From IMG/VR virus record IMGVR_UViG_3300046048_000257, positions 22,879 through 86,878 of that record: a stretch of DNA of 64,000 nt; one strand, written 5' to 3'. The translations under genes and the position numbers were made by a program. Every line of letters starts with the position of its first letter. Positions within the stretch are counted from its first letter, which is position 1. Positions 48,384-57,877 of the stretch are shown here, piece by piece. This stretch comes from a virus. A model generated the notes under the pieces. That model searched no databases. It was not told the DNA's origin and was given only the letters and a program-made list of their open reading frames with translations.

Positions 48384-48489
48384 ATACTTATAAGTACCCG
48401 GCAACGGAGGCCGGGCCGGACCCCGAAACGCCCCCAGCGGGCATAACAGAGTAAGCAAGACCCGCTGCAAAGCGCAAAGGAGGATAAGG

Positions 48490-48594
48490 ATGCCTAAGGC
48501 TAACGGTGGTGGCCGCATGGAAGTGAGCGGCTGCAAAGCATACACGAAAAAGCACCACACGCACTTAGGACTTAAACAACACCGGGAGGCGTGA
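48490..48594 (+). CDS. 34-aa first early peptide
   Basis: AGGAGG RBS; MPKANGGGRMEVSGCKAYTKKHHTHLGLKQHREA. Confidence 0.4.
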   Translation: MPKANGGGRMEVSGCKAYTKKHHTHLGLKQHREA

Positions 48595-48665
48595 GCCTCC
48601 ACATAAGCGGCCAGCACGCTGGCTGCTTATTTGATGGCTCACACTAACTTTAAATAGGAGGCAAT

Positions 48666-48971
48666 ATGTTTACGGTAATTAAAGCTGAGCACAGTGACTT
48701 TACTGGCGGGCACACTGCCCTCACTTTCACTAATATAGGTAACAGCCGATATAAGGGCACCACCACGGTATGGGTGCTGGTAAGTGATGACTTTCCTACT
48801 GCTGAGGATGGCCTGATAGCTCTGTACCGCAAAAAGGATGCAGAGGCCATGGCCGCTCACTTTAATAAAGTGGGCTATGATGGCAGCACAGGTGACCCCA
48901 TGATGGTTTTTCAGAAGCACCTGCGGGATATTGAGGACTGGGATACACTGGATAAAATTAAGGAGGTGTAA
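48666..48971 (+). CDS. Early hypothetical protein
   Basis: RBS directly after a repeat copy. Confidence 0.7.
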   Translation: MFTVIKAEHSDFTGGHTALTFTNIGNSRYKGTTTVWVLVSDDFPTAEDGLIALYRKKDAEAMAAHFNKVGYDGSTGDPMMVFQKHLRDIEDWDTLDKIKEV

Positions 48972-49066
48972 ATATGAGTGTGGGGCTTTGAGCCCCCACT
49001 TAAGTGGGCACAGTGTGCCTGCTTAATTGTGGGCTCAAAACTTTAACCTTTTATGGAGGTGCTTTT

Positions 49067-49480
49067 ATGGATACCAAGTTTTCAGTTTTCACTGGTGTTA
49101 AGTTTTATTACCTTAACTCACTGGCTGAGATAGCTAAAACTTTTACCCGTAATGACCTGAGCAAGCCCGGCGTGCATGTGCAGGTACTGGCGGGCGCCGT
49201 GGTGGTGGGTGAGCTGAATACGGCTAAGCTGCTGGATGAGCTGTATGAGCCGGAGCTGGTGACCTGCCCGGCATGCAGCGGGCGGGTGGCTGATGTTGCA
49301 GGCCTGCCTAATGTTAAAGGCCAGTGCACTGAGTGCGGCGGTCTGTTGCTCAGTGACCATGGCGATATGGCCACCAGCTGGTGTGAGTGCGGTGGTAAGG
49401 ATGAGCGGTATTACTGGCGCCCGGATGGCAGCCACGGCTGGCTGTGTACCGGTTGCCACGGTATCACTCAGACCGGTTAG
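49067..49480 (+). CDS. Early Zn-ribbon protein
   Basis: CPAC, CTEC, CEC and CTGC motifs; start reassigned to the ATG after the RBS. Confidence 0.7.
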   Translation: MDTKFSVFTGVKFYYLNSLAEIAKTFTRNDLSKPGVHVQVLAGAVVVGELNTAKLLDELYEPELVTCPACSGRVADVAGLPNVKGQCTECGGLLLSDHGDMATSWCECGGKDERYYWRPDGSHGWLCTGCHGITQTG

Positions 49481-49571
49481 GGTGTGGGGCTTTGAGCCCC
49501 CACTTAAGTGGGCACAGTGTGCCTGCTTAATTGTGGGCTCAAAATTAACCTTAATATAATAGGAGGCTAAA

Positions 49572-50165
49572 ATGATGTTTAAGGATATTAACCACGGGCT
49601 GGACCGCATTTTTTGCAAGCGTGAAACTGAGGCTGATGAGTGGCGGTACTTTTACCGGGGCACAGAATACGCCACGCTGGATGAGGCTGAGGCTGATGAG
49701 TGGCGGTACTTTTACCGGGGCACAGAATACGCCACGCTGGATGAGGCCAAGGCCGCTGTGGATGCCTTAATGGGCCCGGATGTGATACCCGCAGCTATTG
49801 AGGCGGCTAATACCACTGACTGGGGTAAAAAGGGCAGCATGACTGATACACAGCGCCACGTACTTTACCAGCTGGCCAGAGCCCTGATGGAGCGGGGTGG
49901 GCTGGGTGAAAAGCACATGGCCGGGTATGAGTTTAAGCAGTTTGATATTACATGGGGGCTGAGTAACAGCTTTTATGTGGTGGCTGAGATAGGCCGTAAG
50001 GGTGATGAGGGCAGCATGGCCTCTATTATATGCCGGGACCGCTGGCACATAGCAGTGGGCCCACGGGGTGGACTTACTAATATGAACGCTGCCCGGTACA
50101 GCAAGCGGCGCAAGGGCTTTCATAACTGTGTTAACTGGGGCTGCACCGGCTTTGGGAGGAGCTGA
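49572..50165 (+). CDS. Early hypothetical protein with internal 20-aa duplication
   Basis: EADEWRYFYRGTEYATLDEA twice; VGPRGG motif. Confidence 0.7.
   Translation: MMFKDINHGLDRIFCKRETEADEWRYFYRGTEYATLDEAEADEWRYFYRGTEYATLDEAKAAVDALMGPDVIPAAIEAANTTDWGKKGSMTDTQRHVLYQLARALMERGGLGEKHMAGYEFKQFDITWGLSNSFYVVAEIGRKGDEGSMASIICRDRWHIAVGPRGGLTNMNAARYSKRRKGFHNCVNWGCTGFGRS
49627..49746 (+). repeat. Perfect 60-bp tandem duplication
   Basis: 49627-49686 identical to 49687-49746. Confidence 0.95.
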
Positions 50166-50255
50166 TGCGCCGGAGGCTTTGAGCCTCCACTTAAGTGGGC
50201 ACACTGTGCCTGCTTAATTGTGGGCTCAAAATTAACTAACTTAATGGAGGTGCTT

Positions 50256-50615
50256 ATGTTTTCAAATGGTGATTATTCTAATGAGTTTGAGGCTGCTTAT
50301 GATAAGGCCCGGCAGGAGTATGACCCTGCGGATGAGCTGGACAAAATTGTGGCTCATATTGAGGCCGGTAAGTTTGTGGTGGTAATTGAGGTGGAGGCCT
50401 GCTGCCCCTACACGGATGCCCTGCTGGGTGTAGAGCGCCGGGTGGGCTCAGTGCATGATACTAAGGATGCAGCCATGGCTGATGCTAAAGCGCTGGGTGG
50501 TGGCGCTTATGTTATGGGCCCGGATGACCGGCTGCCTACTGAGCGGGCCATGGATGCTGCACTGGGTGAGCTGCTGTATGACTATGATAATGATGATGAG
50601 GATATACCTTTTTAA
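50256..50615 (+). CDS. Acidic early protein ending DDEDIPF
   Basis: GGAGGT RBS; C-terminus resembles the SSB tail. Confidence 0.7.
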   Translation: MFSNGDYSNEFEAAYDKARQEYDPADELDKIVAHIEAGKFVVVIEVEACCPYTDALLGVERRVGSVHDTKDAAMADAKALGGGAYVMGPDDRLPTERAMDAALGELLYDYDNDDEDIPF

Positions 50616-50628
50616 AGGAGGTGAGCAC

Positions 50629-50835
50629 ATGCGCCAGTTTTACATAGACCCCAGCCGTGGGCTCATGCTCACGGCTTTGCCGGATGCTGAAACCTTTACA
50701 GATGAGGATGGCCTGTGGTACTGGTGGCCCTGCTTTCCGGGCTGCCTGCCTGATGGTGACCCGCTGGGCCCCTTTGATACTGAGGAGGAGGCCATAGAGG
50801 ATGCCCGCCAGTTTAATGACTGGTGCACAGGCTAA
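50629..50835 (+). CDS. Small early protein
   Basis: WYWWPCFPGCLPDGDPLGPFDTEEEA. Confidence 0.7.
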   Translation: MRQFYIDPSRGLMLTALPDAETFTDEDGLWYWWPCFPGCLPDGDPLGPFDTEEEAIEDARQFNDWCTG

Positions 50836-50923
50836 ACTCACGGAGGCTTTGAGCCTCCACTTATGGGCATACTGTGCCCATAATTGTGGGCTCAAAATTA
50901 ACCTTTTAAATAGGAGGTACGGT

Positions 50924-51352
50924 ATGAACTACATTAAAAAGATGCAGCACACAGTGACCATTTATGAGCAGGCCATTAAGGAGCTGCGCAGCTATCTGGC
51001 GCTGCCTAAGTTTTACAGCCCTAATGACTATGTGCACACTGCGGACCTGCACCTGCGGCTGCGGGAGCTGGTGGATGACAAGCTGAGTGCTTTGGAGGCT
51101 GGTGAGTACCCGGAGCATAAACCGCAGGCTTTTGCAGCGCTGGATAAACATGACCGCAGCATAGTGACCATACTGGCCATGGACCCGGTGGAGGCAGATG
51201 CCATGGTACAGCGTGAGCTTACACTTAACCCCAGCCGTGAGCCGTATTACAGATGGTGGGATGCTGCTGGGCGCCGGATGCGCACGGATAGTGGTGAGGT
51301 ATGGACTAAGGCCGACTATCAGGACTATCTGGCCGAAACACAGGGCGCCTAA
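50924..51352 (+). CDS. Early hypothetical protein
   Basis: RBS after a repeat copy. Confidence 0.65.
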   Translation: MNYIKKMQHTVTIYEQAIKELRSYLALPKFYSPNDYVHTADLHLRLRELVDDKLSALEAGEYPEHKPQAFAALDKHDRSIVTILAMDPVEADAMVQRELTLNPSREPYYRWWDAAGRRMRTDSGEVWTKADYQDYLAETQGA

Positions 51353-51440
51353 AGCGCCGGAGGCTTTGAGCCTCCACATGGTGGGCCCTGCGGGGCCCCC
51401 TATGTGGATGTTTAAAACTAACCTTAAATAGGAGGTGCGT

Positions 51441-51635
51441 ATGAGTTTAGTAACCATAGACTACTATGAGGCGGATGATAGTGTGCACGTTTTTGTGGCC
51501 GGGTATGCCATTAACAAAGCAGATGCCACTGTGCACGCTGCTGTGGCTATCGCCAAAGCAGCGGGGCAGGCTGAGGTGCCCATAACTACATACTGTAAGG
51601 CGGGCCCGCCACAGCGCACTGCCATTACCGTTTAA
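51441..51635 (+). CDS. Early hypothetical protein
   Basis: RBS after a repeat copy. Confidence 0.6.
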   Translation: MSLVTIDYYEADDSVHVFVAGYAINKADATVHAAVAIAKAAGQAEVPITTYCKAGPPQRTAITV

Positions 51636-51720
51636 TGTGTGGGGCTTTGAGCCCCCACTTAAGTGGGCCCACAGGGCCTGCTTAATTGTGGGCTCAAAAC
51701 TTTAACTAAGGAGGTAACAT

Positions 51721-52050
51721 ATGGCCACAGTAAGGCGTAACACTAAGATGTTTAAAGAAGTGCTCAACAGCGCCACCGGGTGTGTGGTGTACTCAGAGCA
51801 TAACCAGTACCAAGGCAAAAAATGCAGCCCTGAGGCGGCTGTGCAGGCGCTGGAAAAATTCAGCTTTGCCAAGCTGGTGGAGCAGGATGGCGGGCGCTTT
51901 GTGGTGCACGTACATGACCGCTGCTGGTTTGAGCTGGAGCATGGGCAGGCGCTGCCCAGCACATGCAGGCGCTGTGGTGGTGAGGTAACCACTGCGGGTG
52001 AGGGTAACCTGCGGTACACCGGCTGTGAGGTGTGCGGTGAGCCGCACTAA
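51721..52050 (+). CDS. Early protein with C-terminal Zn ribbon
   Basis: CRRC...CEVC. Confidence 0.65.
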   Translation: MATVRRNTKMFKEVLNSATGCVVYSEHNQYQGKKCSPEAAVQALEKFSFAKLVEQDGGRFVVHVHDRCWFELEHGQALPSTCRRCGGEVTTAGEGNLRYTGCEVCGEPH

Positions 52051-52150
52051 TACTAACCGGGCCCTGTGGGCCCATATGAGCCACCCAGCCGGGTGGCTGA
52101 TATGCACCCACAGAGTGCAGTAACTAAAACCCATAATAAGGAGGCCCATA

Positions 52151-54910
52151 ATGAGCCAATTTGTAACGATTACTAAGAGTGAGTTTGAGGATATGCTTAA
52201 CAGTATCCACAGAGGCACAGAGCTGGTGAGCGGTAATGAGGATACCAGCTGCTGGGAGTATGTTTATGAAGTGCCCACCAGCCGTGATGATGTGGCCGTG
52301 CGTATTTACAGCACCGTGGATAAGCGCAGTGGGCACACCCGTGGTAAGGGTGAGGATGCCATACGGGTGGTGTTTTGGGATACCCGTAATGACCGCCCTG
52401 TGGGTAAGGGTAAGAAAATCCTGAGGGTGGAGGGCGCCACTACCATACAGGACCGCATTAAGGCCCGTGTTAATGACTTTTTGAATAATGCCCACGGTGT
52501 GAGCATTATAGACTTTGGCTATGTGCGTGCGGTGCTGGAGGCTAACAGCGGTGCTAATTTTGCCCGCAAGCTGCTGGAAAATCTGGACCAGTGGGGCAGC
52601 CTTACTGATAACCAGCTGGCCTATGTGCTGGGTGATAAAACCCCTAAAGGCTGGGATACTTTTGAGGCCAAGGCTAAAAAAGATAATCCCACGTTTTTGG
52701 AGGACTACATGGCCGCTAACGGTGAGGATGACCCGGATAGCCCTGAGGGTAATGATGGTGGCCAAAATGGCCCCTCAGGCGCCCCCAGTGGCCCCTCAGG
52801 AGGCCGTACACCTGTGGCAGGTGCCTCAGGCCCCACGGTGGTGCCCGGTGGTACCACCAGCGTTATAGAGCAGCAGGAGCAGACCAGCCAGCCTATCTAT
52901 GGAGGCCTCCGGGGCACTGCCCAGTATCCGTACTGGCAGTATCCGTTTAAAGAGTTTAACCCGGTGCAGACCGCCACGCTGCCTTATGCGCACCAGACTT
53001 GTAACCTTATCATAGGGGCTAACACCAGCGCTGGTAAGACTATTTGCGCAGAGCTGCTGATGGACCATATCCTGCGGCAGGAGCACCATAACCGGGTAAT
53101 TTACCTGAGCCCGCTTAAGTCACTTACGCAGGAAAAATATGAGGACTGGCAAAAGCGGTACCCGGAGCATGAGATAACCATTTTAACGGGTGACTACACG
53201 CTGAGTGAGGCCATGAAAGCCAAGCTGGCTAAAAGCCACATTATTGTTATGACCTCTGAAATGTGTGACTCACGCACCCGGCGCATGCACAGTGAAAAAA
53301 ATTACTGGCTGCGTGAGGTGGGGCTGGTGATAGTGGATGAGTCACACATACTGAGCACAGGCCGTGGCCATGCTGTGGAGTCTGGTATAATGCGCTTTAC
53401 CCGTATCAATAAGGCCGCCCGTGTGCTTTTTCTGAGTGCCACCATGCCTAACTGTGATGAGCTGGCCCAGTGGGTAACTAAGTTAAATGATAGGCCCACT
53501 GAGGTGGTATTTAGTACGTGGCGCCCGGTGGCTTTGGAAATGCACTACATGGGCCACCGTGTGGCTGATAGGGATTACTGGGCCACGCAGGAGTATAAGC
53601 GCCGCATGGCCGTGGATATTGTTATGGGGCGCCACCCGGCTGCTGCGGGTAAAGCCACGGAAAAGTTTTTAGTATTCTGCCATGATAAGGGCACAGGCCG
53701 TAATATCGTAAAGCGGCTGGAGCAGGAGGGCGTGGCTGCTCACTTCCATAATGCTGATTTAGATATGGCGGAGCGGCTGGGCATAGAGGCCAGTTTTGCG
53801 GACCGCAGCAACGGCCTCCGGGTGCTGGTATCGACCAGCACGCTGGCATGGGGCCGTAACCTGCCTGCCCGTAATGTGGTGATAGTGGGCGTAAATCGTG
53901 GGCTCAGTGAGGTGGATGAGCTGGATATTATACAGATGGCTGGCCGTGCAGGCCGGTACGGTATAGACCCGGCTGGTACCGTGTATCTGCTGTGCCCGGA
54001 GGGCAGTGAGCGTACATGGGAGCATACTTTTAAAAACCCCCGCCCGGTAACCTCTGTGCTCAATAGCCGTGAGGTAATGGCTTTCCACGTACTGGCTGAG
54101 GTGGAAAACCGTGAAATAAAAAGCGTGCGGGACCTGCTGAAATGGTACCAGCGCTCACTGGCCGGGCACCAGAGTCTTAAGCCCTTTGAGCTGGAGGATG
54201 CACAGGACCTTTTTGATGACCTGCGTGATATGGAAATGCTGGAAACTAAGGGCGATAATTACATGCACCCCAGTATCACGGGACTGGGCCGGGTATCTGC
54301 ATGGCTCTATTTTAGCCCGTATGATGTATATGACTGGTACTGTAACTTTAACACCTATTTTGACCCGGCCACGGAGCAGAATGACTTAACGCTGGCATGG
54401 GCACTGGGTGATGTTACCAGTAATGACTGGGGCTATGTGCCCGCTGAGCTGCGTGAGCAGGCTGATGAGTACGCATACCAGCTGCGGGCCAAGGGTGTGC
54501 GGACCGGTGGGGGTATCTGCTCAGCTATCGCAGCGCACCTGCTTATCACTGGCCAAAAAGGCACCGGGACCCTGCGGGCCCTTATGCGCCAGATTGTTTA
54601 CGATATTAGGCGCCAGAGCCAAGCGCTGGGCCTGATAGATAGCATGTACGCTAAGTGGCAGCAGGATGGCCTGTGGCAGATTTTACCCCAGCGGATTATG
54701 TACGGGGTGACCATGGATATGGTGGAGTTAACCCGTGTGCCCGGTATAGGCGGAGCCACTGCCCGCAAGTTGTTTGATAGGGGCATAACCAGCATTAAGG
54801 CGCTGGCGGATGAGGCTAACTTTACCGTGGTGCTGCAAGTGGTGACTCCAGCTAAGGCCAAGGCTTTTGCGGAGGCTGCACGCAGCCTAACGGATGAGCC
54901 CCCGTTTTAA
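52151..54910 (+). CDS. Ski2/Hel308-like SF2 helicase with N-terminal extension and C-terminal HhH
   Basis: FNPVQ Q motif, TSAGKT, SPLKSL, VDESH, LSAT, STSTLAWGRNLPA, QMAGRAGR, VPGIGGATA. Confidence 0.9.
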   Translation: MSQFVTITKSEFEDMLNSIHRGTELVSGNEDTSCWEYVYEVPTSRDDVAVRIYSTVDKRSGHTRGKGEDAIRVVFWDTRNDRPVGKGKKILRVEGATTIQDRIKARVNDFLNNAHGVSIIDFGYVRAVLEANSGANFARKLLENLDQWGSLTDNQLAYVLGDKTPKGWDTFEAKAKKDNPTFLEDYMAANGEDDPDSPEGNDGGQNGPSGAPSGPSGGRTPVAGASGPTVVPGGTTSVIEQQEQTSQPIYGGLRGTAQYPYWQYPFKEFNPVQTATLPYAHQTCNLIIGANTSAGKTICAELLMDHILRQEHHNRVIYLSPLKSLTQEKYEDWQKRYPEHEITILTGDYTLSEAMKAKLAKSHIIVMTSEMCDSRTRRMHSEKNYWLREVGLVIVDESHILSTGRGHAVESGIMRFTRINKAARVLFLSATMPNCDELAQWVTKLNDRPTEVVFSTWRPVALEMHYMGHRVADRDYWATQEYKRRMAVDIVMGRHPAAAGKATEKFLVFCHDKGTGRNIVKRLEQEGVAAHFHNADLDMAERLGIEASFADRSNGLRVLVSTSTLAWGRNLPARNVVIVGVNRGLSEVDELDIIQMAGRAGRYGIDPAGTVYLLCPEGSERTWEHTFKNPRPVTSVLNSREVMAFHVLAEVENREIKSVRDLLKWYQRSLAGHQSLKPFELEDAQDLFDDLRDMEMLETKGDNYMHPSITGLGRVSAWLYFSPYDVYDWYCNFNTYFDPATEQNDLTLAWALGDVTSNDWGYVPAELREQADEYAYQLRAKGVRTGGGICSAIAAHLLITGQKGTGTLRALMRQIVYDIRRQSQALGLIDSMYAKWQQDGLWQILPQRIMYGVTMDMVELTRVPGIGGATARKLFDRGITSIKALADEANFTVVLQVVTPAKAKAFAEAARSLTDEPPF

Positions 54911-54919
54911 TCTTTAACC

Positions 54920-54955
54920 ATGGCGCCGGGTAAGGAGGGCCCGGCGCCATTTTGT
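54920..54955 (+). terminator. Probable terminator hairpin
   Basis: ATGGCGCCGGG/CCCGGCGCCAT stem, then TTTGT. Confidence 0.6.
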
Positions 54956-55057
54956 CACTTTTTGTGCAGTGTACTGGGTAAACACCTGAGCCCCTATGAG
55001 GGCCAGATGCCCCGCCAAAGCGGATGAGGTGGGCGGCGGAGGTACCCGGAGGCTGTT

Positions 55058-55285
55058 ATGCAGCACATAGTTAAAATATTTCACAGCAGCGGTAAGCGGC
55101 TGGAGGATGCAGTAAATACTTTCATGGATGAGTGGGCTGAGGAGCATTTAGGCCACCTCACTATTTTTGGAGTTACTGCGCTGGATATTCAAAAAATAGG
55201 TGGCGTGGATATTGAGATATGGGTGACTTTTGAGCGCCACGCTGCCACAGATATGGAGCTGGCCCTGCTGGAGGGCAGCCGGTAG
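55058..55285 (+). CDS. Hypothetical protein
   Basis: GGAGG RBS; LEDAVNTF. Confidence 0.6.
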   Translation: MQHIVKIFHSSGKRLEDAVNTFMDEWAEEHLGHLTIFGVTALDIQKIGGVDIEIWVTFERHAATDMELALLEGSR

Positions 55286-55376
55286 GCTCCGGGGGCTTTG
55301 AGCCCCCACTTAAGTGGGTGCAGTGGGCGCCTGCTTAATTGTGGGCTCAAAACTAACTAACTTATGGAGGTGTACT

Positions 55377-56123
55377 ATGACTTTAATGAGCAGCAGCAGT
55401 GTAACCAAGCGTGTGGATGAGGCAGAGGTAATGGCCATACCAGCCCCGGAGTGGACTGATACATGGCACCCGGTAAGCCATGGGCTTATCATTAACGCAC
55501 TTAACAAAGCCTGCCACGGCGCCGGTATTGAGGTGACCGGGCGGGCGTACAGCGTAAATGAGCCGGGCAGCCGGATGTTTGGGGTGTGGAATTTAGCTTT
55601 AGGTAATGGCGCCATGCAGTATGCGCTGGGCTTTAGAAACTCCACGGATAAAACCATGGTGGTGGGTATCACAGCAGGCACTAATGTGCTGGTGTGTGAT
55701 AACCTCTGTTTTAGCGGTGATTTTATAGCCTTTAGGAAACACACCAGCGGGCTGGATGAGGATGAGCTGCGCCAGATAGCAGCGGAGGCTGTAAAGGGCG
55801 CCGTGGTGAAAATGGACCGCTTTTATGAGTGGCATAAAAGCCTCCATAAATACTATGTGCCCCGCACTGATTTAAAAGTGCTCACTTTTGATATGATTAA
55901 CCGGGGTGTGTTTAGCGGCGGGCAGTTTAGTAACTTTATGAGCGCACTGGATGAGGAGCGGGCCATAATCCATGGCACGGCGCTGGATGGTGCCACCTCA
56001 CTGTATAGCGTGCACGGAGCGGCCACCCGCCTCATGCGTACATGGAACCTGCTAAGGGTATCAGATGCCACCAAGCTGCTTAACGGTATCTGTGATGATT
56101 ACCTGCTGAGCAGAGCAGCGTAA
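55377..56123 (+). CDS. DUF932/DUF945-like protein
   Basis: T.TWHPVSH, GFRNSTDK, VLVCDNL, RKHT. Confidence 0.8.
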   Translation: MTLMSSSSVTKRVDEAEVMAIPAPEWTDTWHPVSHGLIINALNKACHGAGIEVTGRAYSVNEPGSRMFGVWNLALGNGAMQYALGFRNSTDKTMVVGITAGTNVLVCDNLCFSGDFIAFRKHTSGLDEDELRQIAAEAVKGAVVKMDRFYEWHKSLHKYYVPRTDLKVLTFDMINRGVFSGGQFSNFMSALDEERAIIHGTALDGATSLYSVHGAATRLMRTWNLLRVSDATKLLNGICDDYLLSRAA

Positions 56124-56263
56124 CCACGGAGGCGCTGGGCATGGAGGGCTCAGCGCCCTTATACATGAGCCCTGCTGTATCGGCAGGCCTCATGTATGGG
56201 AGTGGACTAAAAACCCCGTGTAAGGCCTCTGAGGGGGCCACAGACCCTAAAATGGAGGTGATT

Positions 56264-56566
56264 ATGGCAGACCATACTTTTTGCAGGCTTATGCTCAGGC
56301 AGGTAATGCCATGGGTAAACAGAGTAACCACCCCGGAGGTGCGTAAGGCCACGTGGCCGTGGCACTTCCATAGGGACCACCATGAGTGGCATGGGCCGGG
56401 TGGATTTTACTGGCATGGCAGTGCCTGCTGTAAGTACATGGCCCGATATGAGGGCTGGTGCGCATGGCTTAAGCAGCACCACCCGGATGCTTATGTAGCT
56501 ATGGAGCAGGAGGCTACGGAGGCGGCTGATAAATTATATAGGGAGGAGGTGAGTAAAGATGGCTAA
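56264..56566 (+). CDS. Hypothetical protein
   Basis: GGAGGT RBS; Trp/His-rich. Confidence 0.6.
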   Translation: MADHTFCRLMLRQVMPWVNRVTTPEVRKATWPWHFHRDHHEWHGPGGFYWHGSACCKYMARYEGWCAWLKQHHPDAYVAMEQEATEAADKLYREEVSKDG

Positions 56567-56753
56567 AAAACCGCATGACTTTAGGGATATGAGCACCATA
56601 GTGTGTGCCCACCCCGGATGCACACGTAAGATTAAAAAAAATGTGGTGGCACGTAAGGCGCCTAAAACCCGGCTGCTGTGTAAATACCATTACTGGGTAG
56701 GCCATGGGCACTTAAGCCACAGGGCAGGTAAACTGCCTGCACAGCCGGTATGA
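56559..56753 (+). CDS. Small Cys/His basic protein
   Basis: CAHPGC...CKYH. Confidence 0.55.
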   Translation: MAKKPHDFRDMSTIVCAHPGCTRKIKKNVVARKAPKTRLLCKYHYWVGHGHLSHRAGKLPAQPV

Positions 56754-56851
56754 TGTACGGGGGCTTTGAGCCCCCACTTAAGTGGGCCCACAGGGCCTGC
56801 TTAATTGTGGGCTTAAACTTAATTATTAACCATTTTGCTAAGGAGGTAAGT

Positions 56852-57361
56852 ATGCCACGTTTACATTTTGTGAAAAAGGCCCGTAAGGATAACCCGGTAG
56901 CCAAAGCTGGTGAAAGCTATTACTGGTGGCAGCACGCTTTTAGCCGTATCAGTTATAGTAAGGAGCGGCCAAAGCCCAGCCAGATGACGCAGAGTGAATT
57001 TATGAGCGAGTACCTGAGCATGGGTGAGGACTTTGAGGAGGCCGTAAACGGTGCTGTGAGTATGGAGGAGCTGGATGATGCCCGGCGTGAGCTGATAGAA
57101 CGGGCGGAGCAGCTGCGGGATGATACTGAGGAAAAGCTGGGTAATATGCCGGACTCTTTACAGGAGGCTGATACCGGGCAGATGATGCAGGAGCGCATAG
57201 ATGGACTGGATGGCTGGATAAGTGACTTAGAGGCTGTGGATTTAGATGAGCTGGGCCCGGATGAGGATGACCTTGACCCGGAGGAGGATATGGATGAGGC
57301 CCTGAGTAACTGGCTGGATGAAAAAAAGAAGGAGCTTACCGGGCTGGACCCCGGACTTTAA
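56852..57361 (+). CDS. Protein with basic N-terminus and acidic helical C-terminus
   Basis: VKKARKD...GESYYWW...PKPSQMT...NMPDSLQ. Confidence 0.7.
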   Translation: MPRLHFVKKARKDNPVAKAGESYYWWQHAFSRISYSKERPKPSQMTQSEFMSEYLSMGEDFEEAVNGAVSMEELDDARRELIERAEQLRDDTEEKLGNMPDSLQEADTGQMMQERIDGLDGWISDLEAVDLDELGPDEDDLDPEEDMDEALSNWLDEKKKELTGLDPGL

Positions 57362-57481
57362 GGAGGTGACTATGGCACAGACTATTTTACTAACTGCTAT
57401 AAGCATGGGCATAGCCCTGCTGATGGCCGTAACCTTACACCGGCTGTTTAGCCAGCTGGTGCTGTTTTAGGGAGGTACACT

Positions 57482-57877
57482 ATGGTACTAAGGACTATGG
57501 ACTTACTCAAAAGCGGCATTAATGTGCTCATGGACCGTGAGCTGCTAACGGTTACCACTATTAAAAAGAAGTTTGTGGACCAGATGCCTGAGCTGGGATA
57601 CGGTGAGTTTTGTAAGGCAGTAGTGCATGGCCGTGATACCACAGATGCGCTGGGCTTTGTAGGCCGGGTGCGTGATGCACTGGTGGTGATTAAGGTGGGT
57701 GGTAACTTTAAAAAAGTCACTGCCCGTGACTGGGTGGAGTGGCGGACTAACCAGATATTTTTTGATGCACCGGGCGCTGATACCCAGCTGGCAGAGCAGC
57801 GTAAGCGTATAGGTGCGGACTCACAGCAGCAGGCACGGGCGGAGTGGGAGGCTCTGCCTCAGTTATTTGAGGACTAA
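57482..57877 (+). CDS. Hypothetical protein
   Basis: GGAGGT RBS. Confidence 0.6.
   Translation: MVLRTMDLLKSGINVLMDRELLTVTTIKKKFVDQMPELGYGEFCKAVVHGRDTTDALGFVGRVRDALVVIKVGGNFKKVTARDWVEWRTNQIFFDAPGADTQLAEQRKRIGADSQQQARAEWEALPQLFED

Noticed and set aside
48395-48590. GGA-rich leader as a CsrA/RsmA sponge sRNA
   Set aside because: GGA motifs are not clearly in hairpin loops, and a 34-aa ORF with a good RBS explains part of the region.
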